From: a virus
IMG/VR virus record: IMGVR_UViG_3300045988_026391
Location: 1 to 37,548 of that record
Length of the DNA: 37,548 nucleotides
Strand: one strand, 5' to 3'
Below are positions 21,688 to 30,238 of this stretch, in pieces. Position 1 is the stretch's first letter; each line of letters starts with the position of its first letter. The notes beneath the pieces are model-generated. The model was not told the origin of the DNA. It made no database searches and saw only the letters and a list, made by a program, of their open reading frames with translations. Position numbers and translations under genes: made by a program.

Positions 21688-22170
21688 ATGCAGAAATACG
21701 AAGAACGAATTAAACGGCTAGAAAAAGAAATGACAAAGCAAGAAATCAAGTTTGCTAACGAATATCTGGCAAACGGATACAATGTAACTAGAGCATATGA
21801 AGCAATCGGGACATCTAAGAGCCGTGGGGCTATGTATCAAGCTGGTGCAAGAATCAAGCGCAAGCCACGGGTTAAGGAATACTTAGAACTTAAATTTAAT
21901 CGAATGATTAACGAACAAGAAATCACAGCTGAAGACGTAGTCAAACGATTGGTAGAGATTGCATTTGCAAGACCACAGGAAGGTATCAAGACTGAGTTTG
22001 ATAATCTAGAGAATGTAGTTAAAGAAGATAAAACATACTCTTACACACCGTCTCAAGATGCGCAACTTAGAGCGCTTGAAATGCTTGGTAAAAACTTTAA
22101 AATGTTCACTGATAAGATTGAAACAGATGTTAATATTGAGAGCGTGGTGTTTAAAGATGACATTGATTAA
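21688..22170 (+). CDS. terS: Terminase small subunit
   Basis: FANEYLANGYNVTRAYEAIG..SRGAMYQAGARIKRKPRVKEYL matches the Terminase_2-type N-terminal HTH. Lies immediately upstream of and overlaps terL. Confidence 0.8.
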   Translation: MQKYEERIKRLEKEMTKQEIKFANEYLANGYNVTRAYEAIGTSKSRGAMYQAGARIKRKPRVKEYLELKFNRMINEQEITAEDVVKRLVEIAFARPQEGIKTEFDNLENVVKEDKTYSYTPSQDAQLRALEMLGKNFKMFTDKIETDVNIESVVFKDDID

Positions 22171-23434
22171 ATTAAGTCAATTGTTACCATCTAAATTTCA
22201 CAGTGTATGGAAGGCTTCTAACTCAAAGGAAATTCTTAACGTTGTCTGCTCAGGTGGCCGTGGATCGGGTAAGTCATCTAACGTGGCTCATATTATTACA
22301 CAATTACTCATGCGGTATCCAGTTAATGCTGTTGGTATTCGTAAGATTGATAATACGCTTGAGCAGTCTATCTATGAACAAATGAAATGGGCTATTGAAG
22401 AACAGAAAGTTACTCACCTATTTAGATTTAATAAAAGCCCGTTGAGAATTACTTACTTACCTCGTGGAAATTACATGGTGTTTCGTGGGGCTCAGTACCC
22501 TGAACGAATCAAGTCGTTGAAAGATAGTCGTTTTCCATTTGCTGTTTCATGGGTGGAAGAGCTTGCTGAATTTAGAACAGAGGACGAAGTAACAACGATT
22601 ACAAACTCTTTGCTTCGTGGTGAGCTAGACGAAGGTTTACAATATAAATTCTTCTTCACATACAACCCACCAAAAAGGAAACAAAGCTGGGTTAATAAGA
22701 AATACGGGACACAATTCGTGAGTGGTAATACATTTGTTCACCATTCGACTTACTTAGACAATCCATTTATTGCAAAAGAATTTATTAAAGAAGCTGAAGA
22801 AACTAAGAAGAAGAATGAGATGAAGTACCGTTGGGAATACATGGGTGAAGCCATCGGTTCTGGTATTACACCGTTCAATAACTTGCAGTTCCGTGAAATT
22901 ACAGACGAAGAAGTAGCTAACTTTGATAATATCAGGAATGCGAACGACTTTGGTTACGCCACAGATCCGAATGCGTTTGTCCGAATTCATTACGATAAGA
23001 AGAAGAATGGTATCTATATTTTTGATGAATTGTATGAACATCAATTATCTAATAGAAAATTAGCTGAATGGCTTAAGGAAAAAGGGTATGATAATGATGT
23101 AATCTTTGCAGATAGTGCCGAGCCTAAATCAATTGCTGAACTGAAAAATGACTTTGGTATTAGTAAAATCAAAGGCGTTAAGAAAGGGCCTGACTCAGTT
23201 GAGTTTGGGGAACGCTGGTTAGATGATTTAGACTTCATCTGTATTGACCCAAAACGAACACCGAAGACAGCGTTTGAGTTTGAGAATATCGACTATCAAA
23301 CAGACCGAGACGGGAACCCTAAGCCTCGATTGCTGGACAAAGACAATCATAGTATTGATGCTGTTCGATATGCAATGAGCGAGGACATGAGAAGCAATAA
23401 AACGAAAGTTAAGACATTTAGAGGGAGCTTTTAA
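22157..23434 (+). CDS. terL: Terminase large subunit (PBSX/Terminase_3-like, headful type)
   Basis: Walker A CSGGRGSGKS near the N-terminus when started at ATG 22157 (14-nt overlap with terS). C-terminal nuclease-like DKDNHSIDAVRYA. Confidence 0.85.
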   Translation: MTLIKLSQLLPSKFHSVWKASNSKEILNVVCSGGRGSGKSSNVAHIITQLLMRYPVNAVGIRKIDNTLEQSIYEQMKWAIEEQKVTHLFRFNKSPLRITYLPRGNYMVFRGAQYPERIKSLKDSRFPFAVSWVEELAEFRTEDEVTTITNSLLRGELDEGLQYKFFFTYNPPKRKQSWVNKKYGTQFVSGNTFVHHSTYLDNPFIAKEFIKEAEETKKKNEMKYRWEYMGEAIGSGITPFNNLQFREITDEEVANFDNIRNANDFGYATDPNAFVRIHYDKKKNGIYIFDELYEHQLSNRKLAEWLKEKGYDNDVIFADSAEPKSIAELKNDFGISKIKGVKKGPDSVEFGERWLDDLDFICIDPKRTPKTAFEFENIDYQTDRDGNPKPRLLDKDNHSIDAVRYAMSEDMRSNKTKVKTFRGSF

Positions 23435-24729
23435 TGGCATTTTATAAAACGATGGACGCTGCTACAGAGTTCAGCACAGCACTGATTCAAGAATTAATTT
23501 CAGAGCATAAGGAATATATCAAAGCTTACAACGAATTGAAAGATTTCTACACGGGCAATCATGCAATTCTGAAACAGAAAGCAAAAGAAAAGTATAAACC
23601 TGATAATCGCTTAGTCGTTAACTTTGCTAAGTATATCGTGGACACATTCAACGGTTACTTTATCGGTAATCCCGTTAGCTTATTCCATGAGAATGAAACG
23701 ATTAATGATTACCTAGCTTATATCGATGGTTATAATGACCAATCAGACAACAATGCAGAGCTATCAAAAATCTGTTCGATTTATGGGCACGGATTTGAAT
23801 TGTTATTCAATGATGAAAATTCAGAAGTTGGAATCACTTATATGACGCCAATTGACGGCTTTGTTATCTATGACAATACTATTCAAAATAAACCGCTGTT
23901 CGCTTGTCACTATGGTTTGAACGATGATGACGAAGAAGTCGGTTACTTTTATACAAAAGATTCTGTCTATCAATTTGCCGTAGTTAACGGTGCTTATACA
24001 ATTGTGGAAGAAAATCCGAATGTATTTAGTGATATTCCTATGATTGAATACATCGAAAACGAAGAACGACAATCCATTTTTGAAAACGTTAAAACGTTGA
24101 TTAACGCATTCAATAAAGCATTATCTGAAAAAGCGAATGACGTAGAATATTATGCAGATGCTTATTTGAAAGTGTTGGGCGCTGAAATCGATGAGTCAAC
24201 ATTGCAATCTTTGCGTGATAGCCGTATTATCAACGTATCTGGAGACGATACTTTAACAGTTGAATTCATGACTAAGCCGAGTGCAGACGGGACTCAAGAA
24301 AATCTTTTGGAGCGTTTGCAAAAATTAATCTTTGAGATTAGTATGGTCGCAAATATTTCAGATGAAAACTTTGGTAACTCAAGCGGTATTTCACTTCGCT
24401 ATAAATTGCAATCAATGGACAACTTGGCGAAGAATAAAGAACGTAAGTTCCAAGCTGGTATGTCAAGACGTTATCGTTTAATCAGTAACTATCCGACCTC
24501 TAAAATTGGCGAAAATGAATGGGTAAATATTCAATATAAATTTACTCGCAACGTTCCAGCAAACTTGGCTGAAGAAGCTGATATTGCTCAAACGCTTAGC
24601 GGTATTGTATCGGAAGAAACTCAAGTTGGTGTTCTATCAATCGTGCAAAACGCAAAAGAAGAAGTCCAACGCAAGAACGAAGAGATTGAATCAACAGATA
24701 CGTTCACAAGGACAGCAGAGGTGGAATAG
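23434..24729 (+). CDS. Portal protein (SPP1 gp6-like)
   Basis: 431 aa, TAATG-coupled to terL. Size and position are right, and the sequence style fits SPP1-type portals (..NRLVVNFAKYIVDTFNGYF..). Confidence 0.8.
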   Translation: MAFYKTMDAATEFSTALIQELISEHKEYIKAYNELKDFYTGNHAILKQKAKEKYKPDNRLVVNFAKYIVDTFNGYFIGNPVSLFHENETINDYLAYIDGYNDQSDNNAELSKICSIYGHGFELLFNDENSEVGITYMTPIDGFVIYDNTIQNKPLFACHYGLNDDDEEVGYFYTKDSVYQFAVVNGAYTIVEENPNVFSDIPMIEYIENEERQSIFENVKTLINAFNKALSEKANDVEYYADAYLKVLGAEIDESTLQSLRDSRIINVSGDDTLTVEFMTKPSADGTQENLLERLQKLIFEISMVANISDENFGNSSGISLRYKLQSMDNLAKNKERKFQAGMSRRYRLISNYPTSKIGENEWVNIQYKFTRNVPANLAEEADIAQTLSGIVSEETQVGVLSIVQNAKEEVQRKNEEIESTDTFTRTAEVE

Positions 24730-25545
24730 ATGGCTGATGTTTTCGATGACTACTGGGACGATCTAGAGAAAGACGAAAAGAGTCTATTTGATGAAATGAG
24801 TGAAATTATTGGGGGCAACTGGATTGCAGTCGCTTCAGTAATCTCTTTCTTTTATCTCTACAATATGAAAGATAACACAATTAAATACAATACCTTTATG
24901 CAACGGGCAAGCGACAAAGAGAAGCGCTATGTTAAGAAATTAATGAGTCAGTACGGTAAGTCTGACTTATATAAAAAAAGTGACATTAAAGGCACTAAGA
25001 TTAATGTGTTGAAGATTGCTATTGATCTCACGGAAGAAGTAGGCGCTAAAGGTATGAGCGCAGCGCTCGAGAAACACTTCGGCGAGATGGCTACTAAAGT
25101 CGATAAGTATATCAAAAATAAATACGATATCAAGGCTGATGGAAAAGTAAAATTACCAGACATTTATGAGAACCAATTGGCGAGTTCTCAAAGAGTTTCA
25201 CTTAAATTGTTTGAAGAGCTTAAAAATGGTATTATCAAAGGCGAAAGGTATGAAGATATTTCCGAAACGTTGAAAAAAGGCTATGAAAAACGTTCCTTAT
25301 CAGACGTTAAGAAGATTGTTCGTACTGAGGGAACAGCCATCACTAATGCTGTAGGGCTTGACATGTTCAAAGAAGAAGGATATACAGAATACAAATACAG
25401 CTCTGTTATTGATTCAAGAACAACACCAATATGTAGGAGCTTGGACGGTGATGTTTTTAAAATCTCACAAGCTGAACGTGGGATTAATTTTCCGCCGATG
25501 CACGTAAATTGTCGTAGCGGGTTTGAAATTATCTTGGAGAAATAA
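24730..25545 (+). CDS. Minor head protein (MuF / SPP1 gp7 family)
   Basis: The C-terminal signature SVIDSRTTPICRSLDGDVF......FPPMHVNCRS is typical of the Phage_Mu_F domain. Confidence 0.8.
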   Translation: MADVFDDYWDDLEKDEKSLFDEMSEIIGGNWIAVASVISFFYLYNMKDNTIKYNTFMQRASDKEKRYVKKLMSQYGKSDLYKKSDIKGTKINVLKIAIDLTEEVGAKGMSAALEKHFGEMATKVDKYIKNKYDIKADGKVKLPDIYENQLASSQRVSLKLFEELKNGIIKGERYEDISETLKKGYEKRSLSDVKKIVRTEGTAITNAVGLDMFKEEGYTEYKYSSVIDSRTTPICRSLDGDVFKISQAERGINFPPMHVNCRSGFEIILEK

Positions 25546-25546
25546 G

Positions 25547-25711
25547 ATGTGGATAGTACAATATAAAGATAGTAGCGGGTTTTACTATAGCGAAGCCAAA
25601 ACAAGCCGATTATCATTGATTTTTGACTTGGTAAATGACGGATTTGATAGAGTAACTTCCGATACATATAAATTGAAGGGACATGCAACTGCAACGTTGA
25701 TCAAGTTATAG
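25547..25711 (+). CDS. Hypothetical 54-aa protein
   Basis: ATG lies 1 nt after the MuF stop, with a GGAGAAATAAG RBS-like sequence. Confidence 0.4.
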   Translation: MWIVQYKDSSGFYYSEAKTSRLSLIFDLVNDGFDRVTSDTYKLKGHATATLIKL

Positions 25712-25822
25712 TGAATTGTTACCACCCGACTTATCCAATGTCACTAAACTTGGACATTTTTCGTTGGTGAACGTAAAACACAAATATTTCGGGTGACGGC
25801 GTAACTGTTGAAAGGAAACAAA

Positions 25823-26401
25823 ATGGAAGAAGAAAACAAAGTAGTTGAAACTTCAACTGAAGAAGTAGAAGCGCAAACAAAAGAAACTGAAAAAGAGGCT
25901 GCTAAAGAGGTCAAACAAGAAAAGACCTTTAGCCGTGACGAGCTAGCTAAGATTATGGCGGCTGAAAAAGAAAAGTGGCAAGCTGAACTCGAAGCTGAAA
26001 AAACGCAAGCAGAGAAACTGGCCAAAATGAATGCAGAAGAAAAGATTGCATTCGAACGAGACCAACTTAAAGCAGAGCTTGAGTCACTACGCCAAGAAAA
26101 AGCTAAAGCAGACATGACAAAAACAGCTCGCGGAATGCTAGCAGAAGCAGATGTCAATATTTCAGAAGATTTACTTGCATCTCTAGTTACTGAGGAGGCT
26201 GAAGCAACAAAAGCAAATGTTGATTCATTTATCAAATCTTTTAAAGATGAGGTTGACAAAGCAGTTAAAGAAGCGCTAAAAGGCAAAGTAGCTAAGAAGC
26301 CAGCAACACCAGCTGGATTGACTAAAGAAGCTATTTTGGCAGTGAAAGACCGTTCTGAACGCTTGCGACTAATCGAAGAAAACCAAGGATTATTTAATTA
26401 A
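25823..26401 (+). CDS. Scaffolding protein
   Basis: E/K/A-rich coiled-coil protein directly upstream of the capsid gene. AAAGGA lies 6 nt before ATG 25823. Confidence 0.75.
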   Translation: MEEENKVVETSTEEVEAQTKETEKEAAKEVKQEKTFSRDELAKIMAAEKEKWQAELEAEKTQAEKLAKMNAEEKIAFERDQLKAELESLRQEKAKADMTKTARGMLAEADVNISEDLLASLVTEEAEATKANVDSFIKSFKDEVDKAVKEALKGKVAKKPATPAGLTKEAILAVKDRSERLRLIEENQGLFN

Positions 26402-26437
26402 AATTAGTAATATTAAAAAGAAAGGTCGTATATAAAT

Positions 26438-27334
26438 ATGGCAACAACACAAACTTTCCCAGAAGCAAATTTGACAGGTAAGGCAGATTTAAAGAATGCT
26501 ATCACAATTGACGTAACAAATACGTTTAAAGAAAACCTAACAAAACTTATTGAGATGCTCGGTGTCACACGCAAGATTTCATTGACTTCAGGCTCTACAA
26601 TTAAAACTTATAAAGGGTATACAGCAACACTTGAAGATGGAACTGTTCCAGAAGGTGAAGTTATTCCATTGTCAAAAGTGACACAAGTGGAAGCAGCAAC
26701 AAAAACAGTTAACTTGAAGAAATACCGTAAAGCAACTTCTGGAGAAGCTATTGCACTTTACGGAACTGACAACGCTATTGCAAACACTGATGAGGCTCTT
26801 ATCCGACAAATTCAAAAAGGTATCCGTACTTCACTTGTAGCAGGAATTAAAGCAGGGACAGGAACGCAAACAGCTTTGGGCAATGGATTCCAAGGCGCAT
26901 TGGCTTCAGCTTGGGGTCAACTCCAAGTTCTATTTGAAGACTATGGTGTTGAAAATGCAGTAGTATTCGCAAACCCACTTGATATTGCTGAGTACGTGGC
27001 TAAAGCTCAAGTAACTACACAAACAGCGTTCGGTCTTACTTACTTGGTGGACTTCACTGGCACAATTATCATTTCAACAACAGATATTGCAAAAGGTGAA
27101 ATTTGGGCAACTGTTCCAGAAAATATTGTATTTGCCTACATTAATCCATCACAGTCTGATGTGGCTAAAGCGTTTGGGCTTGCAGCAGATGAAACTGGTT
27201 ACATCGGTATGACTCACTTCACTGATGAGAAAACACTCACATACCAAACATTGGTATTGTCTGGTATTGAAATCTTTGCAGAACGTCTTGACGGTATTGT
27301 CAAAGTTCAAATCACTAACGCACCAACAGTTTAA
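26438..27334 (+). CDS. Major capsid protein
   Basis: 298 aa. Follows the scaffold gene and is followed by a strong terminator. Compositionally typical. Confidence 0.8.
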   Translation: MATTQTFPEANLTGKADLKNAITIDVTNTFKENLTKLIEMLGVTRKISLTSGSTIKTYKGYTATLEDGTVPEGEVIPLSKVTQVEAATKTVNLKKYRKATSGEAIALYGTDNAIANTDEALIRQIQKGIRTSLVAGIKAGTGTQTALGNGFQGALASAWGQLQVLFEDYGVENAVVFANPLDIAEYVAKAQVTTQTAFGLTYLVDFTGTIIISTTDIAKGEIWATVPENIVFAYINPSQSDVAKAFGLAADETGYIGMTHFTDEKTLTYQTLVLSGIEIFAERLDGIVKVQITNAPTV

Positions 27335-27349
27335 TTTATAAATCAACAG

Positions 27350-27376
27350 CCTAGCCCGTCTGGGCTGGGTATTTTT
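27350..27376 (+). terminator. Rho-independent terminator (probably partial) after the capsid gene
   Basis: CCTAGCCC pairs with GGGCTGGG (one G-U pair) across loop GTCT, followed by TATTTTT. Confidence 0.7.
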
Positions 27377-27392
27377 ATAGAAAGGAGCAAGC

Positions 27393-27545
27393 ATGGCACA
27401 CAAAGTTATTGCAGATTTTAAAGATAAAAATGACGATGAATACCTTTACAAAATTGGTGATGAGTTCCCGCGCAAAGGAAAGCGACCGACAAAAGCACGT
27501 AAAGATGAATTAGTAGATAAAGGATTCTTGAAAGAGGTGGAATAA
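27393..27545 (+). CDS. Hypothetical 50-aa protein
   Basis: Not in the track. AAAGGAG lies 5 nt before ATG 27393. TAATG-coupled to the next gene. Confidence 0.5.
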   Translation: MAHKVIADFKDKNDDEYLYKIGDEFPRKGKRPTKARKDELVDKGFLKEVE

Positions 27546-27871
27546 TGGCAATTATCGACCGCGTTAAAGTACGGATTCCAGAGGCTAAAGAAGCCGTCCT
27601 TGGGGAATTAATTGTTAGTGCAACAGATAGAATTCTTCTACGAATTGGCAAAGATGAATTGCCACCAAAAATAGAGACAATCGCTGTTGAGATTGTAACT
27701 AAAATGTACCGTCGTATGATGTATGAGGGTATCTCCAGCGAGTCAGCTGATACTTTGAACGTATCGTTTATCGATGATATCTTCTCAGAGTATGAAGAAG
27801 AATTTCAGCGCTGGATTAAACTCGATGACGAAGCCGAAGGAAAGAATAAACTGAAAGTGAGGTTTATTTGA
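27545..27871 (+). CDS. Head-tail connector (gp6-like / DNA-packaging adaptor)
   Basis: The N-terminus IIDRVKVRIPEAKEAVLGELIVSATDRILLRIG is typical of gp6-like head-tail connector proteins. Synteny agrees. Confidence 0.65.
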   Translation: MAIIDRVKVRIPEAKEAVLGELIVSATDRILLRIGKDELPPKIETIAVEIVTKMYRRMMYEGISSESADTLNVSFIDDIFSEYEEEFQRWIKLDDEAEGKNKLKVRFI

Positions 27872-28182
27872 TGCAGTGGTTACCAGTTAAATTAACAATT
27901 AAGTCAACGAGCGAAAACACAGATGCACTTGGCAATCCTATTTATAAAACACTAGAAGACGATGGGTATATTGGTCGGTATACTGAATTTAATCAAAATG
28001 ACTTCCAAATGCTTGGATACGAAACGTATTCGGATGTCCGTAAGATACTAATTCCGAACATTGATAGGCTAAAAGCGAAGTCAGTTATTAAAATAACAGT
28101 AGAAGACGAAGTATATAACGTAGATAAATACAAAGACTTAAGAAAATACGGACTATTCTACATCTCGAGGTATCGCAAATGA
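27868..28182 (+). CDS. Head-closure / head-tail adaptor protein
   Basis: ATGA overlap, size and synteny only. Confidence 0.45.
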   Translation: MMQWLPVKLTIKSTSENTDALGNPIYKTLEDDGYIGRYTEFNQNDFQMLGYETYSDVRKILIPNIDRLKAKSVIKITVEDEVYNVDKYKDLRKYGLFYISRYRK

Positions 28183-28529
28183 CAACAAGCGGGTTTGAAA
28201 GCTTCTTGAATAAACTAGAGAATACTGATAGTATTAAAGCAGGAGTTGATAAAGCTGTAGCTGATTCACTCACAAGAATGTATAACCGAGCTTCTAAACG
28301 TCCATATACTCCAATTGACACTGGTGAATTGAAGAATTCACGTACCAAAACGAGGGTTGCTAATGGTAGTGGCGAATTCGGTTATAACAAAGTTTATGCA
28401 AGGCGTGTTGAATACGGCGGTCGAGACAAAAAAGGTCGCTATATTGCGCCACGAAGGTACTTGCAAAGCAATATTAATTTGGAAAAGACACAATTTCCGA
28501 ATGATTTAAGGAAGGCACTAGAGGATTAA
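28179..28529 (+). CDS. Tail-completion protein, HK97 gp10-like
   Basis: Synteny plus the PIDTGELKNS motif common in gp10-family proteins. Confidence 0.5.
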   Translation: MTTSGFESFLNKLENTDSIKAGVDKAVADSLTRMYNRASKRPYTPIDTGELKNSRTKTRVANGSGEFGYNKVYARRVEYGGRDKKGRYIAPRRYLQSNINLEKTQFPNDLRKALED

Positions 28530-28535
28530 CGGACT

Positions 28536-28946
28536 ATGTTAAGGAAGCTTGGTTTGGTAGACTTCCATAAAGCTTTAAAAGGAAACATTGAGCACTTCAC
28601 AAATAAGAAAGCCTATGATTATGTACCAGACGGTGCGCCAGCCCCATTTTATGTAATTGAGGTGGTTGACAAGTACCCTGAAGATACCAAAGTCATGTGG
28701 GGTGAGGTTTTCAGTGTTTGGATTCATGCAATTGCAGAAGAAAACGAATCAAAAATAGGTGTTTATAATCTAGTCCAAGAGCTTGAAGAAGCTCTAACCA
28801 TGGAGCTTAATTTACCCGAAGGATTCGAATTGCTTCGCCAAAACCAAACTGGAATTCAGTCTTTACAAAAAGACGAATCTGGTGAATGGCATGCAATTGT
28901 TACTTATGACTTTAAAGTAGCTTATGGATTTAAGTCTAAAATTTAA
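28536..28946 (+). CDS. Tail terminator / neck protein
   Basis: Synteny: the last gene before the major tail protein. Confidence 0.4.
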   Translation: MLRKLGLVDFHKALKGNIEHFTNKKAYDYVPDGAPAPFYVIEVVDKYPEDTKVMWGEVFSVWIHAIAEENESKIGVYNLVQELEEALTMELNLPEGFELLRQNQTGIQSLQKDESGEWHAIVTYDFKVAYGFKSKI

Positions 28947-28967
28947 TAAAGAAAAGGAAAATTAAAA

Positions 28968-29474
28968 ATGGCAGAATACGAAAATGGAGCATACTGTAAC
29001 TTTGACAGCTCAACTACTAAAGCAGTAGCTGGTAAAGATATTATTTTGGCTGTGTTTGATGCAACAGGAACAGATTTGTTGGCTATCAGCGGACAAAAAG
29101 GTTTGACAATCAATCGCTCAGCTGATTCTATCGAGGTTACCTCTAAAGATACGCAAGGCGGTTGGAAGTCTAAAATCGCTGGGATGAAAGAATGGTCAGT
29201 TGATAACGATGGTTTCTACGTTCCATCACATGCTTCACATAAAGCGCTTGGAACAGCGTTCCAAAACAGCGACCCAGTTTGCATTAAAATTGTAAATGGT
29301 AAGACAAAAGTTTCAATGTTTGGTGGGCTTGCTTATGTAACTGACTACTCACTTGAAGCACCATACGATGACGGTATGACGTATTCAATTTCCCTTGACG
29401 GTAATGGGGCACTAGTAGACTTCTCACTAGTAACAGAAAACACAAGTACACAAATGCCTAAAGGAATGGAATAA
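28968..29474 (+). CDS. Major tail protein
   Basis: ISGQKGLTINRSADSIEVTSKDTQGGWKSKIAGMKEWSVDNDGFYV resembles the phi13-family major tail signature. Lies upstream of the G/GT chaperones. Confidence 0.8.
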   Translation: MAEYENGAYCNFDSSTTKAVAGKDIILAVFDATGTDLLAISGQKGLTINRSADSIEVTSKDTQGGWKSKIAGMKEWSVDNDGFYVPSHASHKALGTAFQNSDPVCIKIVNGKTKVSMFGGLAYVTDYSLEAPYDDGMTYSISLDGNGALVDFSLVTENTSTQMPKGME

Positions 29475-29498
29475 TAAATAGAAAAGGATTTTAAATAA

Positions 29499-29813
29499 AT
29501 GGCAGATATTATTACAGTTGATGAAAAGAATTACACACTAAAATATAACGAGCAAGTTATTGAAACAATTGAAGCAATTACAGGTAAAGGGTTCATGGAA
29601 ATTCTAATTGATAAAAAACCAGTCCTTTCTCTAGCGGATTTGAAACAATACATTGCGAATGCTCTCTATGCTGAAGATAATGGAAAAATCCCACAGGTGC
29701 AAGGTGTTAAAATTTATGAAGCGCTGTTGCACTCAAAAGGGTACATGTTCTTGAATATGCTTGTTATTGAATCTATTCAACGTGATTGCCCTTTTTTCTT
29801 CCTAGCCAACTAG
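29499..29813 (+). CDS. Tail assembly chaperone (gpG-like)
   Basis: Positioned between the major tail protein and the tape measure. Contains the slippery site near its 3' end. Confidence 0.75.
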   Translation: MADIITVDEKNYTLKYNEQVIETIEAITGKGFMEILIDKKPVLSLADLKQYIANALYAEDNGKIPQVQGVKIYEALLHSKGYMFLNMLVIESIQRDCPFFFLAN

Positions 29814-30238
29814 TTGACTTTGAATACTTCGGAGACAATTCGGGTGAAGTTGATGAATCGTACAATGACCTCGCAAAAGGTTATGAGCGAGACATTGACT
29901 TCGCTTTTTTCTTTGTTAATTTTGGCACTTCTAAACGGGACTTCATGGAACTGACTAAGCGTGAAAAGATTTTTATCCGCAAAGCTTGGGAAGAGAAAGA
30001 AGTTAGGGAAAGCACTTTCATGCGTAACGCAGTTATGAACGCAGTAGCTAATGCCATGAGAGACAAGAAAACACCGTTTAGGGACTTGTGGAAGAAAAAA
30101 CAAAGACCAGTTGACTTTGATGAGGTCGAGGTTAATCTGGATGTTGTTGAAGAAAGTAATAAAGTTGACGAATTCGACTGGGTGGCAGAAATTTATAAAG
30201 CAAACGGGTTTAATAAGCCCATAGAAAGAGGTAATTAA
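29499..30238 (+). CDS. Tail assembly chaperone frameshift product (gpGT-like, ~246 aa) made by -1 slippage at 29792-29798
   Basis: The downstream ORF has no RBS or ATG of its own, lies in the -1 frame, and ends by overlapping the TMP start (TAATG). Confidence 0.65.
29792..29798 (+). promoter_or_regulatory. Programmed -1 ribosomal frameshift heptamer T TTT TTC
   Basis: The zero frame reads CCT TTT TTC. The -1 frame (track ORF 29786-30238) stays open to 30238. Confidence 0.7.

Noticed and set aside
22058-22156. Upstream extension of terL (track start 22058)
   Set aside because: It would overlap terS by 113 nt and add an N-terminal peptide that is just terS read out of frame. ATG 22157 puts the Walker A motif at the usual distance from the N-terminus.
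25281-25694. 137-aa minus-strand ORF, and likewise 16072-16419 (115 aa), 31221-31520, 31522-31803 and all other minus-strand track ORFs
   Set aside because: Each lies wholly inside a well-supported + strand gene (MuF, prim-pol, TMP and others). None has a start context or a recognisable motif.
25744-26286. 180-aa minus-strand ORF
   Set aside because: It is exactly antisense to the scaffold gene. Its S/A/F-rich low-complexity sequence mirrors the scaffold's E/K/A codons. It has no RBS and every neighbouring gene is on the + strand.
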